Shown: positions 1 to 8,655, counted from the first letter of the stretch. The stretch: DNA of 14,680 nt from a bacterium (GCA_043822925.1 JBDRBF010000007.1:1-14680), one strand, 5' to 3'. A program made the numbers and translations. The notes: generated by a model from the letters alone, not told the origin.

Positions 1-1
1 T

Positions 2-1606
2 CTAACACTCTCTCCAAATCTTTCAGCTCAAGCAAATCTTAAATTACACAAACAAAACACAATACACCCAGATAGCCTGTGGGAAAAAGTAAAAGATACA
101 AAAATAGAAACGAACAAAAATTTTGTTGTTATTATTTCTTCAGACAATAATCAAAATTGGCATAAAAAAAATCTCAACTCAGTATTCGAACAAAAATATG
201 ATAATTATCGCGTAATTTATGCGAACGATACACACGAAATCATTAAACAATATATTAAAAAAAAGAACCAAGAACACAGAACTACTTTTGCATCAAACTG
301 GAACGATGCAATTGATTCATGCTCCGAAGACGAAATCATCATACTTCTCGATGAAAAAGATTGGCTAGCAAATGACCACGTGCTCAATCTACTAAATATA
401 ATATATGCAAATCCTGACGTTTGGATCACCTATGGGCAAAATCAAAGCTACCCATCAAACCTCATTGGCAACACCAAACAAATACCCGAAGAAATCATTA
501 AAAATAATAATTTCAGATCGCTAGATTTCTCTTGCTGGCACCTCAAAACATTTTATGCAGGACTACCTAAATCAATAAAAAAAGAAGATCTAACTTTTGA
601 AAATAAAATTTCCCCCACAATCCAAAGTAATGCGATTATGTATCCACTACTGGAAATGGCAGGGGTTAAGAGTAAATTCATACCTGATATTCTTTATATT
701 CATAATAGATCTGACTCCATCCATCACAATAACATTAACACTAATACACAAATAAAAATCAATCATTTACTTAAAAAACAAAACCCCTACTCTCCCCTCA
801 AAAAATGCCCCCTCTATAAAAAGACAAATCTGTGGAAAAAACTTGAACAACTTAAACCTATGACAAATAAAACTTTTATAATCGTCATCGCCTCTTATAA
901 CAATAAAGACTGGTACAAAAAAAACCTAGATTCTGTATTTATGCAAAAATATGATAACTATCACGTAATTTATATAGACGACTTTTCTCCTGATAATACC
1001 GGCAAGCTTGTCGAGCAATATATTAAAGAGAAAAAACAAGAGCACAAAGTAACGTTAATTAAAAATACACAGCGCATGGGCGCCATGGCCAATTTCTATA
1101 ACGCAATCCAGCTCTGCGATAAAACCCAGGTTATCGTACAACTTGATGGAGACGACTGGTTTGCTAACGATCACGTCTTAGAGTTATTAAATAAAGTCTA
1201 TGCCGATCCTAACGTCTGGCTTACCTACGGGCAATATGAAGAATATCCATCAGGAAAAGTTGGCATTTGTGATCACGTACCTGAAGACATTACAAAAACC
1301 AATAATTTTAGAAACTATAAGTGGGTCACTTCTGCTCTCAGAACTTTTTATGCAGGATTATTCCAGTTAATTAAAAAAGAAGATTTATTATATGAAGGCG
1401 AATTCTTCACCATGACTCATGATCTGGCTATTATGTTCCCTATGCTTGAAATGGCTGGTTTTAACAGTAAATTTATTCCCGATGTGCTTTATATTTACAA
1501 CAAAGCAACCCCCATAAATGACCATAAAGTAAATCGTGATTTACAAATAAAGCTCAGAGATTTTATATTAGGCAAAACCAGATACACACGTATCAAAAAT
1601 TTTTAA
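2..1606 (+). CDS. Glycosyltransferase family 2 protein with two tandem GT-A domains (first degenerate); 5' end lies upstream of the window
   Basis: The frame of the 380..1606 ORF has no stop back to position 2 (LTLSPNLSAQ...NKNFVVIISSDNNQNWHKKNLNSVFEQKYDNYRVIY...), so the GTG at 380 is internal. Domain 2 has the GT2 motifs IASYN, IYIDDFSPD, GAMAN, QLDGDDW and THDLAI. Confidence 0.88.
   Translation, partial: LTLSPNLSAQANLKLHKQNTIHPDSLWEKVKDTKIETNKNFVVIISSDNNQNWHKKNLNSVFEQKYDNYRVIYANDTHEIIKQYIKKKNQEHRTTFASNWNDAIDSCSEDEIIILLDEKDWLANDHVLNLLNIIYANPDVWITYGQNQSYPSNLIGNTKQIPEEIIKNNNFRSLDFSCWHLKTFYAGLPKSIKKEDLTFENKISPTIQSNAIMYPLLEMAGVKSKFIPDILYIHNRSDSIHHNNINTNTQIKINHLLKKQNPYSPLKKCPLYKKTNLWKKLEQLKPMTNKTFIIVIASYNNKDWYKKNLDSVFMQKYDNYHVIYIDDFSPDNTGKLVEQYIKEKKQEHKVTLIKNTQRMGAMANFYNAIQLCDKTQVIVQLDGDDWFANDHVLELLNKVYADPNVWLTYGQYEEYPSGKVGICDHVPEDITKTNNFRNYKWVTSALRTFYAGLFQLIKKEDLLYEGEFFTMTHDLAIMFPMLEMAGFNSKFIPDVLYIYNKATPINDHKVNRDLQIKLRDFILGKTRYTRIKNF
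77..1603 (+). repeat. Intragenic tandem duplication, unit about 753 bp (about 77-829 and 830-1603)
   Basis: 191-220 caaaaatatgataattatcgcgtaatttat matches 944-973 caaaaatatgataactatcacgtaatttat at 28/30 (offset 753). The protein halves align throughout (WLANDHVL/WFANDHVL, TFYAGL, IKKEDL, EMAG.SKFIPD.LYI). Confidence 0.9.
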
Positions 1607-1609
1607 AAC

Positions 1610-2782
1610 TTAAGTAACAACGTTTTTTAAACCGTTCGAATTAGCTACTGCATATTTTGATGGGTCAACCAAAACAATACGAAAACCAGTCCCAACTCCA
1701 ACAACAATAAATTTTTCTTTACGCGTTTCTAAACTACAAAAAAATTCGCCCAGCCCAGCAGCTTTAAGATCATTAAGTAAATACGCGGGCAAATTAACAC
1801 ATTTTTGTAAATCTTGAGCCAAATTTACCGCTGTAAACGGTAACGCATAGGTACATTTAACAAAACGGCTACTGCTCACAATACCAGCCAATGCAACTGC
1901 AACAAAACAACTCTTTTTTACATTAATTTTTTCTATAATCGCCTGTAATTTTGCTAAAACACAGACTTTTAATTTTGAAAGCTCTGCTTGATCGTCATGC
2001 TTTCTTAAATAAAACGAAACGGGATATTCAGAAGTCATGCACCTGTATTGATTTTGCGAAAAGCTTAATCGAATTTTCTTGCCCAATTCGGCCATCTTTT
2101 GCTTATCAACATCTTCAGTAAATACCGGCTCTTTATAAATTTGCCCCTCAATCTTCATAGTACTTAAATTAACAAGAGCCGCACGAATATTAGTCCCACC
2201 AATATCAATGCCAACAGCATACTGACTATTACGATCATAATCGTGTAATTCATGCTTTGCAGCAAAAACAGCCCCTATAATAGCCCGCTCATCACCAAGT
2301 TCAGAAAATTTTATTGTAACTATGTTTTTTAATTTCTCTAAAACTAACCTATTATTAACTTCTACCTGCAAAAAATCTCGGTAAAAATCACCACCACCCT
2401 GCGCAACCCCACCAAAAAGAAAAACTTCTACGTTTTTTTGTTCACTATTTTTCACTCGCTTTACTATTCCCTTGGCAACCGATACAAGCCCCTGTTTAAG
2501 TATTGATAACGCTATTTTCTCACTCGGCAATTGCTCAGTTTCTGTTTTTAAAAAAGCACTTTTTGCAAAATTTATTATTACTTCAGGAGTTACCGGTTTT
2601 TCTAATATAATTTTGTTTTTTTTGAGTTCAACTTCATATACGCTACAGAGAGCGTTACCTCCTATGCCTATATCTTTGACGCGCGACCGAAGCGCATCCA
2701 GTTGGATAAAAAAAACAAATGCTATAAAAAAACTTACGCTAAAAGCAAGCGCAATGCGCCTGCTCTTATAATTTTTAAACAT
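1610..2782 (-). CDS. ROK-family (glucokinase-like) protein, circularly permuted, with N-terminal signal/anchor
   Basis: ROK motifs GIDIGGTNIR (aa191-200), NDLKAAGLGE (aa337-346) and VGVGTG (aa361-366), plus ROK C-terminal-type motifs FGGVA (aa123-127) and SELGDERAIIGA (aa160-171) placed before them. Hydrophobic aa10-26. Confidence 0.8.
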   Translation of the reverse strand: MFKNYKSRRIALAFSVSFFIAFVFFIQLDALRSRVKDIGIGGNALCSVYEVELKKNKIILEKPVTPEVIINFAKSAFLKTETEQLPSEKIALSILKQGLVSVAKGIVKRVKNSEQKNVEVFLFGGVAQGGGDFYRDFLQVEVNNRLVLEKLKNIVTIKFSELGDERAIIGAVFAAKHELHDYDRNSQYAVGIDIGGTNIRAALVNLSTMKIEGQIYKEPVFTEDVDKQKMAELGKKIRLSFSQNQYRCMTSEYPVSFYLRKHDDQAELSKLKVCVLAKLQAIIEKINVKKSCFVAVALAGIVSSSRFVKCTYALPFTAVNLAQDLQKCVNLPAYLLNDLKAAGLGEFFCSLETRKEKFIVVGVGTGFRIVLVDPSKYAVANSNGLKNVVT

Positions 2783-2790
2783 ATAAAATC

Positions 2791-4071
2791 TCAGTTGAGA
2801 AGCGCATTATAACAATCTTGTACTTTTTGCAGCGCATGCGCACTGGTAAAATTTTGTGAAACAAGATTAAACGCATTAGTTTTTAACTTATTTTGTAATT
2901 CAACATCAAAAAGAATTCGCTTAATTTGAGTCGCCAAATCATCCACATTTTTTGGATCTATTAAGAGCCCTGTATCTTCATGTTTTATTAAAAATTCTGC
3001 AGTACCTGTCGCTCTGGATAAAATAACAGGCGTCTTCATAAGACACGCCTCCAAAACAACAATCCCAAAAGACTCATGTAAACTTGGCAAGACCATTGCG
3101 TCAGAATTATGTAATATCCCAGGAATTAATGGCGTAAAACCAAGAAAAAAAACGTTATCTTTTATTTTTAACTCAGCTGCAAGATTTTTAAGTTCTGTTA
3201 CTTGCCTATCTGTTCCTGACCCAGCCAAAACCAATTGAACCGGAAATTTTTCCTGATGAACAAGTTTATTAATCGCTTTAAACAATACACCATGATTCTT
3301 ACATGCAACAAAATTGGCAATCATACAAAGAACAGGATCTTTTTTTATTTTTATATTAAAAGAATCACTAAAAAATTGCTCACGCGTACTGTGCTCTGGC
3401 ACAAAATTAATCAAGCGCTGATCATTATATGGTGGACAAATATGCTCAACAGATTTAATTCCTAAATTAAGCCGTTTATTTGCTTCATCCATAAATGCGA
3501 CCACTTTAAAATCTGCAGCCATAAAAGCTGAAAACCCTCTAAACAAAACAGGATCTGGAATCTCGTACGAATGGTAAAAAGCAACAGAAGCTATACCCAA
3601 CTTTTTAGCAACTTTTTGTACCACCCGGTACTCTTTTGGTCGGTGACAGTGAATAATATTAATATTATCTTTCTTGCACGTCTCTATCAGCAATTTTTCT
3701 AACTGCCTACTAAAATCTGAGTGTCCTTTTTTTTGCCCACTCTTTTTTACAGGATCTAACGTTGTTGTATAATTTGGAATCTGCAATACCTCTAGCTCAC
3801 GATAAAAAGGAGACTTTTCAACCGCCAAAACACGCACAAAATATTCTTTTTTTAATAAATCTTTGCATATAGAATACAAAACCTGCGCCCCACCGCCACA
3901 AATACAACTCGCCAAATTCACATGCAAAACTCTCGGCTCAAGAAGAATGCTCTTTTTTTTGATTTCACTATTATTTACACACGCACCATTCTGTGTAAAT
4001 AACAGCCCAAAAACAAGCGTAAACAACAAACAAACAAGTTTTATGTTTCTTGTAAAAAACAAATGCTTCAT
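2791..4071 (-). CDS. Glycosyltransferase family 4 (GT-B, retaining) with N-terminal signal-like peptide
   Basis: GGGAQ loop, IIHCH, KNH, VFFLGF, and DAMVLPSLHESFGIVVLEA (E-x7-E); AAGGG RBS-like site upstream. Confidence 0.9.
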   Translation of the reverse strand: MKHLFFTRNIKLVCLLFTLVFGLLFTQNGACVNNSEIKKKSILLEPRVLHVNLASCICGGGAQVLYSICKDLLKKEYFVRVLAVEKSPFYRELEVLQIPNYTTTLDPVKKSGQKKGHSDFSRQLEKLLIETCKKDNINIIHCHRPKEYRVVQKVAKKLGIASVAFYHSYEIPDPVLFRGFSAFMAADFKVVAFMDEANKRLNLGIKSVEHICPPYNDQRLINFVPEHSTREQFFSDSFNIKIKKDPVLCMIANFVACKNHGVLFKAINKLVHQEKFPVQLVLAGSGTDRQVTELKNLAAELKIKDNVFFLGFTPLIPGILHNSDAMVLPSLHESFGIVVLEACLMKTPVILSRATGTAEFLIKHEDTGLLIDPKNVDDLATQIKRILFDVELQNKLKTNAFNLVSQNFTSAHALQKVQDCYNALLN

Positions 4072-4115
4072 AACTCAACCCTTTTTTAATTAAATACTTG
4101 CTGGCTACGAATTAT

Positions 4116-4835
4116 CTATTTTTTATCAGAACACAAATATAATTTACGCCCAGGGGTCCGTGGATCATCGTCAGAACCAGCACTCAAAAGTTTTATATTG
4201 TTATACTTTAATTTTAAATACTCAAACTCTCTTTTTTGGACATCAGCACCATCATTAGATTCAAACAATAGCGTCGTAGAAACGTCACACGCATAGTCGA
4301 CAACTTTTTTCCAATTTTTCAACCATCGACACATCGATAGCAAGAAGCAAATATCAACTGTATCACTTTTTAAAAAATCGTTTATACCTAATAACGGTTC
4401 TTTTTCTAGATCAAACATATAAAAATCAACAGAATTGCACGCATAATGAGATTTAAGCCTATTGGCAAGATTGATCATATCTTTATTATAATCGATGCCA
4501 ACACCGTATTTTATTTTATCAGCAACATACAATAACATGCCACCTTCATTAGAACCAATATCCAGAACCGTTTTTCCGGTAAAATCGTATGGCACATGAC
4601 TAAAACGAGTTTTTGGATCACGCTTGCCTTTAATATATTTACCGTTAATAGTTAACGAATGATATCCAGCCGGATATTTATCTGCTTTATACGCCGTTGG
4701 GCCTTGTTTTTTAGCCCGCTGAACTAAATTTAAAAGACGATTTTCTTCTTTTTCGCTATCGCTTAATTGTGCGCCATGAACAAACGCACAAGAACTCATA
4801 AAAAATGTTATCAATACTACTCTTTTGTACATCAT
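4116..4835 (-). CDS. Class I SAM-dependent methyltransferase with N-terminal signal-like peptide
   Basis: Motif I TVLDIGSNEGG, post-I GVGIDY, FDLE, DICFLLS, LLFES; AAGGAG RBS upstream; hydrophobic N-terminus ending AFVHG/A. Confidence 0.85.
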   Translation of the reverse strand: MMYKRVVLITFFMSSCAFVHGAQLSDSEKEENRLLNLVQRAKKQGPTAYKADKYPAGYHSLTINGKYIKGKRDPKTRFSHVPYDFTGKTVLDIGSNEGGMLLYVADKIKYGVGIDYNKDMINLANRLKSHYACNSVDFYMFDLEKEPLLGINDFLKSDTVDICFLLSMCRWLKNWKKVVDYACDVSTTLLFESNDGADVQKREFEYLKLKYNNIKLLSAGSDDDPRTPGRKLYLCSDKK

Positions 4836-4972
4836 AGCTCTCTCCTTCTATAGGTGTCTCAATATATGACGCAGTAACGTTTCCTTGTTTATTTAAGCAT
4901 AAACTTTAATATTGAAATTATAAGAACCAAAAGCTATACATGTCCATGTATTTATAAAAAAGGGAACGCATT

Positions 4973-6217
4973 ATGAAATATAAAAATATTAACGTAAACC
5001 TCTTTTTATTTGCTTTAAGCACGTTATTCTTTTTTGGCTTATGTCACGGGACCAACAAAAATGCTCATAAAAACACAAAAAAGATTCTCACTAAAAATAA
5101 ATTCCCAGGTAATAATAATAAAAAAGTTCTCACGTTACTAAACCAAACATCTGAAAAAATAGTCGATAAAAAGCTGCCACCAAGCATTGGTTTCTTTTCA
5201 GCAGATCTCAAATACGATGGTAAAATAGTTAAATTTTGTGAAATAGGTAACGGGCTTTACGGCGTGCCACTCCCCGCATACACAATAATAGATGGGCAAA
5301 AAGAACTGCTCTACACCCCCTACTGGGATTTATTTTGGCATTTCTTAGCACAATTTAATCTGCCAATTTTATACGTAGGCAACAAAGCAACAAATAGTGC
5401 AACGCTCTTAAACAAAACGTTCGGTGGCAAACTTTTTACAAATATTTCTGAACTTGAAACATTTTGCGAACAAAATTTTGTACCAACACCTAACTTTAAA
5501 GCAACAAAAATAACCGATCACAGTGCTATTTTGGCATACGCAGGATCCCGATGTATTGAAAAAATAGAAAACTTTAAAAAAAAATATCCCAACATACTTT
5601 TTGTGAATAATTTCGATGCGCTCTATAAACGCCAAAAAGAAAAAATACACGGATTCTTTAATTGCCCTGAATTACAAACCCTCAGGCCCCGCTGGAAAGC
5701 ATATCAAGCTCTATGGACGCCAACACTTGCTGCCCAAATTAAAAAAGAGTTACCATGCAAACTCTATGTCATTAAGCCTTCGATTGGCCACTCGGCAGTC
5801 GGCGTTACCCTAGTAGAAAAAGAAAAATTAGATGACATGCTAAAAGTACTCTTAAAAAACCAAAACTATAAACAAGCTCACAAAAAAGAAACACCCATGT
5901 TTGTCGTAGAAGAATTTGTAACATCAAAAACCATCATGATCGATAAAAAAACATACGATCCTACATTGCGAGCAGCGTTTGCTATTTATTGCGATGATGG
6001 GAAAATTATATCAACATTCTTTTCATGCTTTTGGAAGATCCCGCCTTACAGTTTGAGCGATAATGTGCCCCTCACAAAAAAACATATTACAGCTTCAATG
6101 ATCGGCTGCTCAAAACCGGGAGACCCGGTCGGGCCACAATGCATGGGAGAACTGCTCGATATTTTTGATGCAATTCTCCCGACAGTTTATGAAAAAATGT
6201 TACTTTCTAGGCGCTGA
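4973..6217 (+). CDS. ATP-grasp-fold protein (probably circularly permuted) with N-terminal signal-like peptide
   Basis: YVIKPSIGHSAVGV (aa265-278), FVVEEFV (aa310-316), TLR (aa331-333), and a D..E-x-G-N hairpin ADLKYDGKIVKFCEIGN at aa77-93; AAGGGA RBS. Confidence 0.65.
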   Translation: MKYKNINVNLFLFALSTLFFFGLCHGTNKNAHKNTKKILTKNKFPGNNNKKVLTLLNQTSEKIVDKKLPPSIGFFSADLKYDGKIVKFCEIGNGLYGVPLPAYTIIDGQKELLYTPYWDLFWHFLAQFNLPILYVGNKATNSATLLNKTFGGKLFTNISELETFCEQNFVPTPNFKATKITDHSAILAYAGSRCIEKIENFKKKYPNILFVNNFDALYKRQKEKIHGFFNCPELQTLRPRWKAYQALWTPTLAAQIKKELPCKLYVIKPSIGHSAVGVTLVEKEKLDDMLKVLLKNQNYKQAHKKETPMFVVEEFVTSKTIMIDKKTYDPTLRAAFAIYCDDGKIISTFFSCFWKIPPYSLSDNVPLTKKHITASMIGCSKPGDPVGPQCMGELLDIFDAILPTVYEKMLLSRR

Positions 6218-6859
6218 CAAGTTTAGGTATAAATCTACCGGCATAGGCTCTTTAAGAACAAGTATAAGCTGGCCTGCGCTTTGCTTTTGTGAATCAAGAG
6301 CATAAGCGCCCTTAACAACTTTAGCCGCTTTATCAAGCCGGGCTTTAAGCGCTGGCTGAATAAGCACCTTATCAATAACATGCACTATGCCATTATCGAC
6401 TTCAACTGAATATAAAACTTGGGCTCGTTCAAGGCTGGGTAAATGGGAAATCGAGTATACATAAAATGTCTTGTTAGCTTCGGCTACATAAATTTTATTA
6501 TCAGTTAACGTTTTTATACCACTACTCAAACTCCGCAACCCACTACGAGAAATAGAGCCCGCAATTATATGTGACTTAACAAAATCAAGAAACAATTTGT
6601 CGTTACCAGGGTCCCGCAGAAGGCCAATTTTTCCAAACCCATTAATAGCGGCATCTGTTGGCGCGAAAATAGTATATTTATCGAATCTTTTTACCAATAT
6701 ACCCCAAACAGTGGTCCCACCATCTCTGGCTTCTGAAAGCATGGCATTAAACTGACTAAACTGCGGTTGCTTTAAAAAATCTAATAATTCTATGCTTTTA
6801 ACCGTACACGATATAAGCAGAAATAGCGCACTCGCTATAATCACTTTGTACCTTATCAT
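6200..6859 (-). CDS. Fasciclin (FAS1) domain protein, exported, possible lipoprotein
   Basis: FAS1 H1 motif YTIFAPTDAA and H2 motif VDNGIVHVIDKVL. ATG at 6859 is preferred over the GTG at 6898 because it has an AAGGGA RBS and gives a signal peptide MIRYKVIIASALFLLISC with lipobox-like LISC. Confidence 0.88.
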   Translation of the reverse strand: MIRYKVIIASALFLLISCTVKSIELLDFLKQPQFSQFNAMLSEARDGGTTVWGILVKRFDKYTIFAPTDAAINGFGKIGLLRDPGNDKLFLDFVKSHIIAGSISRSGLRSLSSGIKTLTDNKIYVAEANKTFYVYSISHLPSLERAQVLYSVEVDNGIVHVIDKVLIQPALKARLDKAAKVVKGAYALDSQKQSAGQLILVLKEPMPVDLYLNLSAPRK

Positions 6860-6956
6860 ACTCAAATCCCTTTCAAAAAACTTTAAAACTAAACACACAC
6901 AATTTCTACTTTCTTTTTCAAAGAATAAAAAAGCAGCAGCCTTTTTGTAAATATAT

Positions 6957-6986
6957 TTGCATTATGACGTACAAATTACATAACCT
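6957..6986 (+). promoter_or_regulatory. Possible sigma70-type promoter for the ankyrin gene
   Basis: TTGCAT (6957-6962), 18-nt spacer, TAACCT (6981-6986). Weak match in AT-rich DNA. Confidence 0.25.
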
Positions 6987-7118
6987 AGAAAAAAGCAAAG
7001 CATATAGTTGCCCTTTATCAGGGAGCACTAATGAAATAATTGAACTATGATATAAAAATAACAGACCATGAAAAAGATAGTAGTCGATATGTTCTTTTTA
7101 CCTCAAAGAGGAATACTT

Positions 7119-8042
7119 ATGAATACGCACTTTAACGCTCACAAAACACTCTTTTTTTTAACCGGTATAACACTGTTTTTTCCAACGTCTCTTAACTGCT
7201 CAAAAAAACTTTCTTTTTCTGTAAACGGCAAAAAAATTAACCTATCTAAAAAAACATCACCAACTGACAATAGCACGCCACTCGATCCCAACAAAAAAGT
7301 GTGCAATTTTGGTGATCACAATCAATACAGTGAAATTTTCTTTGCCATACACACCAGAAACCTCTTAAATGTTCAGAAAGTCGTCGAAAAAGACAAAACA
7401 GTCATAACAGAAAAAAAATACGACACGAATGAAACGCCACTCCTATATGCAATCCAAAAATGTTGTCCCAAAATAGTTATCTATCTTCTGAAACAAGGAG
7501 CTGATCCATTTGAAACAGTCAAATTAAACATGCGTGGGAACTATCTCTATCGCAATGCTTTTGAAAAGCTTATAGATGCAGACACGTACTATAACAACTC
7601 AAAAGAAAAAACAGCAGAAGAGCAAGAAAACGCACAACTCGCCAACAAAAAACTCGCAAAAATACGAAAATCCTTGCTCATCATAATTACCCTAAAAATA
7701 GGCCAATACATCCAGAGACTCAGTGGCCCAAATTCACAAGAAATTCGATGTAAAATCAAAATTTTATCAACATATTTTAACGCCATCATAGGATACACAG
7801 ACCCAAAGCTCAAAGATGCCCTAAATACTCTACATGAAAAGCTCAAAAGCTTGGTTGGAACAAACAAAATCGAAACAGAACTGAAAAGCGCCTATCTTTA
7901 CCTCTTACTCAAAAGAATTAATTTTTCAACGCATCGAAACTCAGAAGATCTGGCGATGATCAAATATTTAATAACACAAGAACCAGACAAAAACACAGAA
8001 TTATATCTGTGCATATTAGATGAACATAACCCAAACATCTAG
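7119..8042 (+). CDS. Ankyrin-repeat protein with signal-like peptide and helical C-terminal region
   Basis: Ankyrin-like units SEIFFAIHTRNLLNVQKVVEK and ETPLLYAIQKCCPKIVIYLLKQGADP. ATG at 7119 follows AGAGGA and gives a hydrophobic N-terminus (LFFLTGITLFFPTSLNC). The ORF track uses 7068. Confidence 0.75.
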   Translation: MNTHFNAHKTLFFLTGITLFFPTSLNCSKKLSFSVNGKKINLSKKTSPTDNSTPLDPNKKVCNFGDHNQYSEIFFAIHTRNLLNVQKVVEKDKTVITEKKYDTNETPLLYAIQKCCPKIVIYLLKQGADPFETVKLNMRGNYLYRNAFEKLIDADTYYNNSKEKTAEEQENAQLANKKLAKIRKSLLIIITLKIGQYIQRLSGPNSQEIRCKIKILSTYFNAIIGYTDPKLKDALNTLHEKLKSLVGTNKIETELKSAYLYLLLKRINFSTHRNSEDLAMIKYLITQEPDKNTELYLCILDEHNPNI

Positions 8043-8052
8043 AAAGCTGTCC

Positions 8053-8655
8053 ATGAAAAAAATCTTTTGTTTTGCCTGCATAACTCTCTGTATGCGTGCA
8101 CCTATTTATAGCATGCACAGCACACGCTTTAACGAAAAAAAACCTGTAATAACAAAAATTAATCAATTAATAGAACTTGTGACAAAAATTGGATGCCACC
8201 TAGAAAACGGGAAAAAAAGCTCTGAAAAAAATAACCTTCAAGAGTTTGAAAAAATCATACAAAACTTTGATGGAAAAATAAGAAACTTACTCGATTTCAT
8301 ACTAAAAGACCTCACGCATTTGATTAATGGCCAATGGTCATATGAACCCAAAAAAATCACCACCATTATTGAAGTTTTAAATGAAATATCACGTATGAAA
8401 CAACAAGAGCTCAATATGCAAACAAAAAGCATGCCACCCTTCAAAAGCCAAGATACAGAATCAAAAAACAACGAAGCCCTGACAAAAATCCTTACTTCTA
8501 TGGAAAAGAGAAAACAAAAAATATTAAAGCTCGACCGAGAAATCTGTTTAATTTTTAATACCCCTCTTTCAGATTATAAACACGAAAAAAAATCTAAAAC
8601 CAATCCAAAAGAACGCGATGACTATTTTGAAATAGTTAAAAACGAAGACTCATAA
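8053..8655 (+). CDS. Hypothetical exported helical/coiled-coil protein
   Basis: ATG at 8053 removes the overlap with the ankyrin gene and gives a signal-like MKKIFCFACITLCMRAPIYS; the rest is K/E/I/L-rich and helical-looking, with no family motif recognised. Confidence 0.65.
   Translation: MKKIFCFACITLCMRAPIYSMHSTRFNEKKPVITKINQLIELVTKIGCHLENGKKSSEKNNLQEFEKIIQNFDGKIRNLLDFILKDLTHLINGQWSYEPKKITTIIEVLNEISRMKQQELNMQTKSMPPFKSQDTESKNNEALTKILTSMEKRKQKILKLDREICLIFNTPLSDYKHEKKSKTNPKERDDYFEIVKNEDS

Noticed and set aside
380-382. GTG start used by the ORF track for the GT2
   Set aside because: The frame is open to position 2 and the upstream translation aligns with the start of domain 2.
7005-7030. Small hairpin with TTATCAGGGAG, faintly like the start of a SAM-I riboswitch
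   Set aside because: The stem is bulged and weak, the rest of the SAM-I core is missing, and the downstream gene is unrelated to methionine metabolism.
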